Assembly: GCA_035275005.1 (NCBI GenBank)
Contig: DATENQ010000564.1
Span: forward strand, 1-61,524
DNA length: 61,524 bases
Reading direction: 5' to 3'
Source of the DNA: Pyrinomonadaceae bacterium
Lineage (GTDB): Bacteria > Acidobacteriota > Blastocatellia > Pyrinomonadales > Pyrinomonadaceae
Part shown: piece after piece, positions 60,369 through 61,524 of the stretch
Layout: each line of letters opens with the position of its first letter
How positions within the stretch are numbered: position 1 is the stretch's first letter
Translations under genes and position numbers: made by a program
The notes under the pieces: generated by a model
Seen by the model: only the letters and a program-made list of their open reading frames with translations
The model's database searches: none
Told to the model about the DNA's origin: nothing

Positions 60369-61436
60369 TTATCTAAGTGCGGCTCCTCCTGCGGTGATCG
60401 AACTAATCTTTCCTTCAGCGCGTTTCACGATGTCGTCCGGCAGTGGCGCGTACTGCAACTCTTTCGCGTAATTTTCGCCGTCGTGAATTCCCCACCAGAG
60501 AAAGTCGACGAGCGCCTTTCCTTTCGCCGCGTCTTTCTGCTGCTTGTAAACAAGGATGTAGGTGTAGCTGGAGATCGGGTAAGTCTCTGGTCCTGGAGCA
60601 TTCGTGATGGACACGCGCAAGTCTTCCGGTGTGTTTGCTATTGACGCTGAAGCTGCAGCAGTAACGGCATCTATCGAAGGCTCAACAAAGTTTCCACTTG
60701 CGTTCTTGATTTGGGCCACCGGAAGCTTGTTCTGCACCGCATAAGCCAACTCGACATAGCCAATCGTGTTTGGCGTGTTCTTCACCTGCCCGGTCACACC
60801 TTCATTACCCTTTCCACCAATGCCGGTGGGCCAGCTTGGAGAAGTTCCGGAGCCGACTTTCTCTTTCCACTCCGCACTGACTTTCGAAAGGTAATCGGTG
60901 AAGACTGCCGACGTGCCACTACCGTCGGAACGATGGACCACCGTGATGTCGTTTGCGGGCAGCGTTACGCCGGGATTGTCAGCGACAATTTTTGGATCGT
61001 TCCACTTCTTGATCTTGCCGAGAAAGACGTCGGCAATAACTTCCGGAGAGAACCTTAGTGGCTGGCTGATGCCTTGAAGGTTATAAGTGATAACGACTGC
61101 GCCCAACACCGTGGGAATGTGCAGCACCTCACCCGGCGCCGACTTCAAATCGTCGTCTTTCATCGGCGCATCGGACGCACCGAAGTCAACTGTCTGTTCT
61201 TTGAGTTGCTTGATGCCGCCACCCGAACCGATTGACTGGTAGTCGATCCTGATGTTCGAGTGAAGTTTTCCGTATTCACTCAACCACTTTTGATAAAGAG
61301 GATTTGGGAAAGTGGCGCCGGCGCCCTGTAAACTCACCGTTCCAGACCCACCTCCATTACAGGCGAGCGAGACAAACGCGAATACGAGCACGATAGACCA
61401 GACTACAAACTGAACACTTCTCTTCGAGACAGACAT
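60369..61436 (-). CDS. pstS: phosphate ABC transporter substrate-binding lipoprotein
   Basis: Lipobox FVSLAC. LQGAGATFPNPLYQKW and SDGSGTS motifs typical of PstS. RBS GGAG. Confidence 0.9.
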   Translation of the reverse strand: MSVSKRSVQFVVWSIVLVFAFVSLACNGGGSGTVSLQGAGATFPNPLYQKWLSEYGKLHSNIRIDYQSIGSGGGIKQLKEQTVDFGASDAPMKDDDLKSAPGEVLHIPTVLGAVVITYNLQGISQPLRFSPEVIADVFLGKIKKWNDPKIVADNPGVTLPANDITVVHRSDGSGTSAVFTDYLSKVSAEWKEKVGSGTSPSWPTGIGGKGNEGVTGQVKNTPNTIGYVELAYAVQNKLPVAQIKNASGNFVEPSIDAVTAAASASIANTPEDLRVSITNAPGPETYPISSYTYILVYKQQKDAAKGKALVDFLWWGIHDGENYAKELQYAPLPDDIVKRAEGKISSITAGGAALR

Positions 61437-61497
61437 TTAGGATCTCCAATGCTGCGGGGACTGATTGTTCGTATCCAATCTAGGAGGCGGGTGTTAC

Positions 61498-61519
61498 ATC
61501 TAACTGAACTTCGCCTGAA
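61498..61519 (-). promoter_or_regulatory. possible Pho-box-like direct repeat upstream of pstS
   Basis: Minus strand reads TTCAGgcgaag TTCAGttagat. The two units have 11-bp periodicity, as in PhoB boxes, about 60-80 nt upstream of the pstS ATG. The sequence does not match the E. coli CTGTCAT consensus, and the window ends at 61524. Confidence 0.2.
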
Positions 61520-61524
61520 TTCTC

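Noticed and set aside
1-61524. I looked for tRNA/rRNA genes, CRISPR arrays, transposases, integrases, phage genes and toxin-antitoxin or defence-system hallmarks.
   Set aside because: I found none by reading the spacers and the six-frame translations. A tRNAscan/Infernal/HMM run would be needed to exclude small RNAs formally.

Overview
This 61.5-kb window looks like it comes from an Acidobacteriota-type genome. That is an inference from the CarboxypepD_reg-type TonB receptor, several CRTAC1/ASPIC-UnbV proteins and dispersed REP-like palindromes. I saw no rRNA, tRNA, CRISPR array, transposase or integrase. Apart from a porin gene and a small glycine-zipper gene at the left end, about 50 genes all lie on the minus strand.

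The right third is ordinary. It holds a complete pstSCAB-phoU-phoB-phoR phosphate module, a J-domain membrane protein, and a sigma-54 activator followed by two hairpins and a candidate -24/-12 promoter. It also holds a DoxX-like protein, a di-haem peroxidase, a TonB-dependent receptor, an outer-membrane barrel, a redoxin and a NarL-type two-component pair.

The region from about 4.5 to 41.3 kb is a tightly packed accessory supercluster whose genes often overlap by 1-4 nt (ATGA, TAATG, TTGA). In transcription order it contains:
- ACP, KS, an inactive KS (CLF-like), an HMG-CoA-reductase-like enzyme and a CrtI-like desaturase.
- Two tandem CRTAC1 genes.
- Two fusions of an epimerase-like domain to an acyltransferase.
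- An ABC1/UbiB kinase plus a degenerate copy, a redoxin lipoprotein, and proteins sharing an amphipathic N-terminal module.
- Barrels resembling allene-oxide-cyclase (AOC)/dirigent proteins, one fused to an apparently intact haloalkane dehalogenase.
- A fusion of a GMC oxidoreductase to a ThDP enzyme.
- A three-member family of unknown proteins and two further unknown proteins.
- A patatin lipase, a flavin-dependent halogenase and a carotenoid-oxygenase-family enzyme.

The most striking direct observation concerns the two tandem CRTAC1 genes. Both carry an in-frame TGA at the homologous codon, followed at the same offset by an identical 17-nt GCGC-GGUC-GCGC hairpin. This makes them candidates for selenocysteine recoding or programmed readthrough. 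A third in-frame TGA separates the signal peptide from the body of the outer-membrane barrel gene.

I read the supercluster as an undescribed specialised-lipid or polyene pathway, possibly involving halogenation. That reading is inference only; its product cannot be deduced from the sequence.
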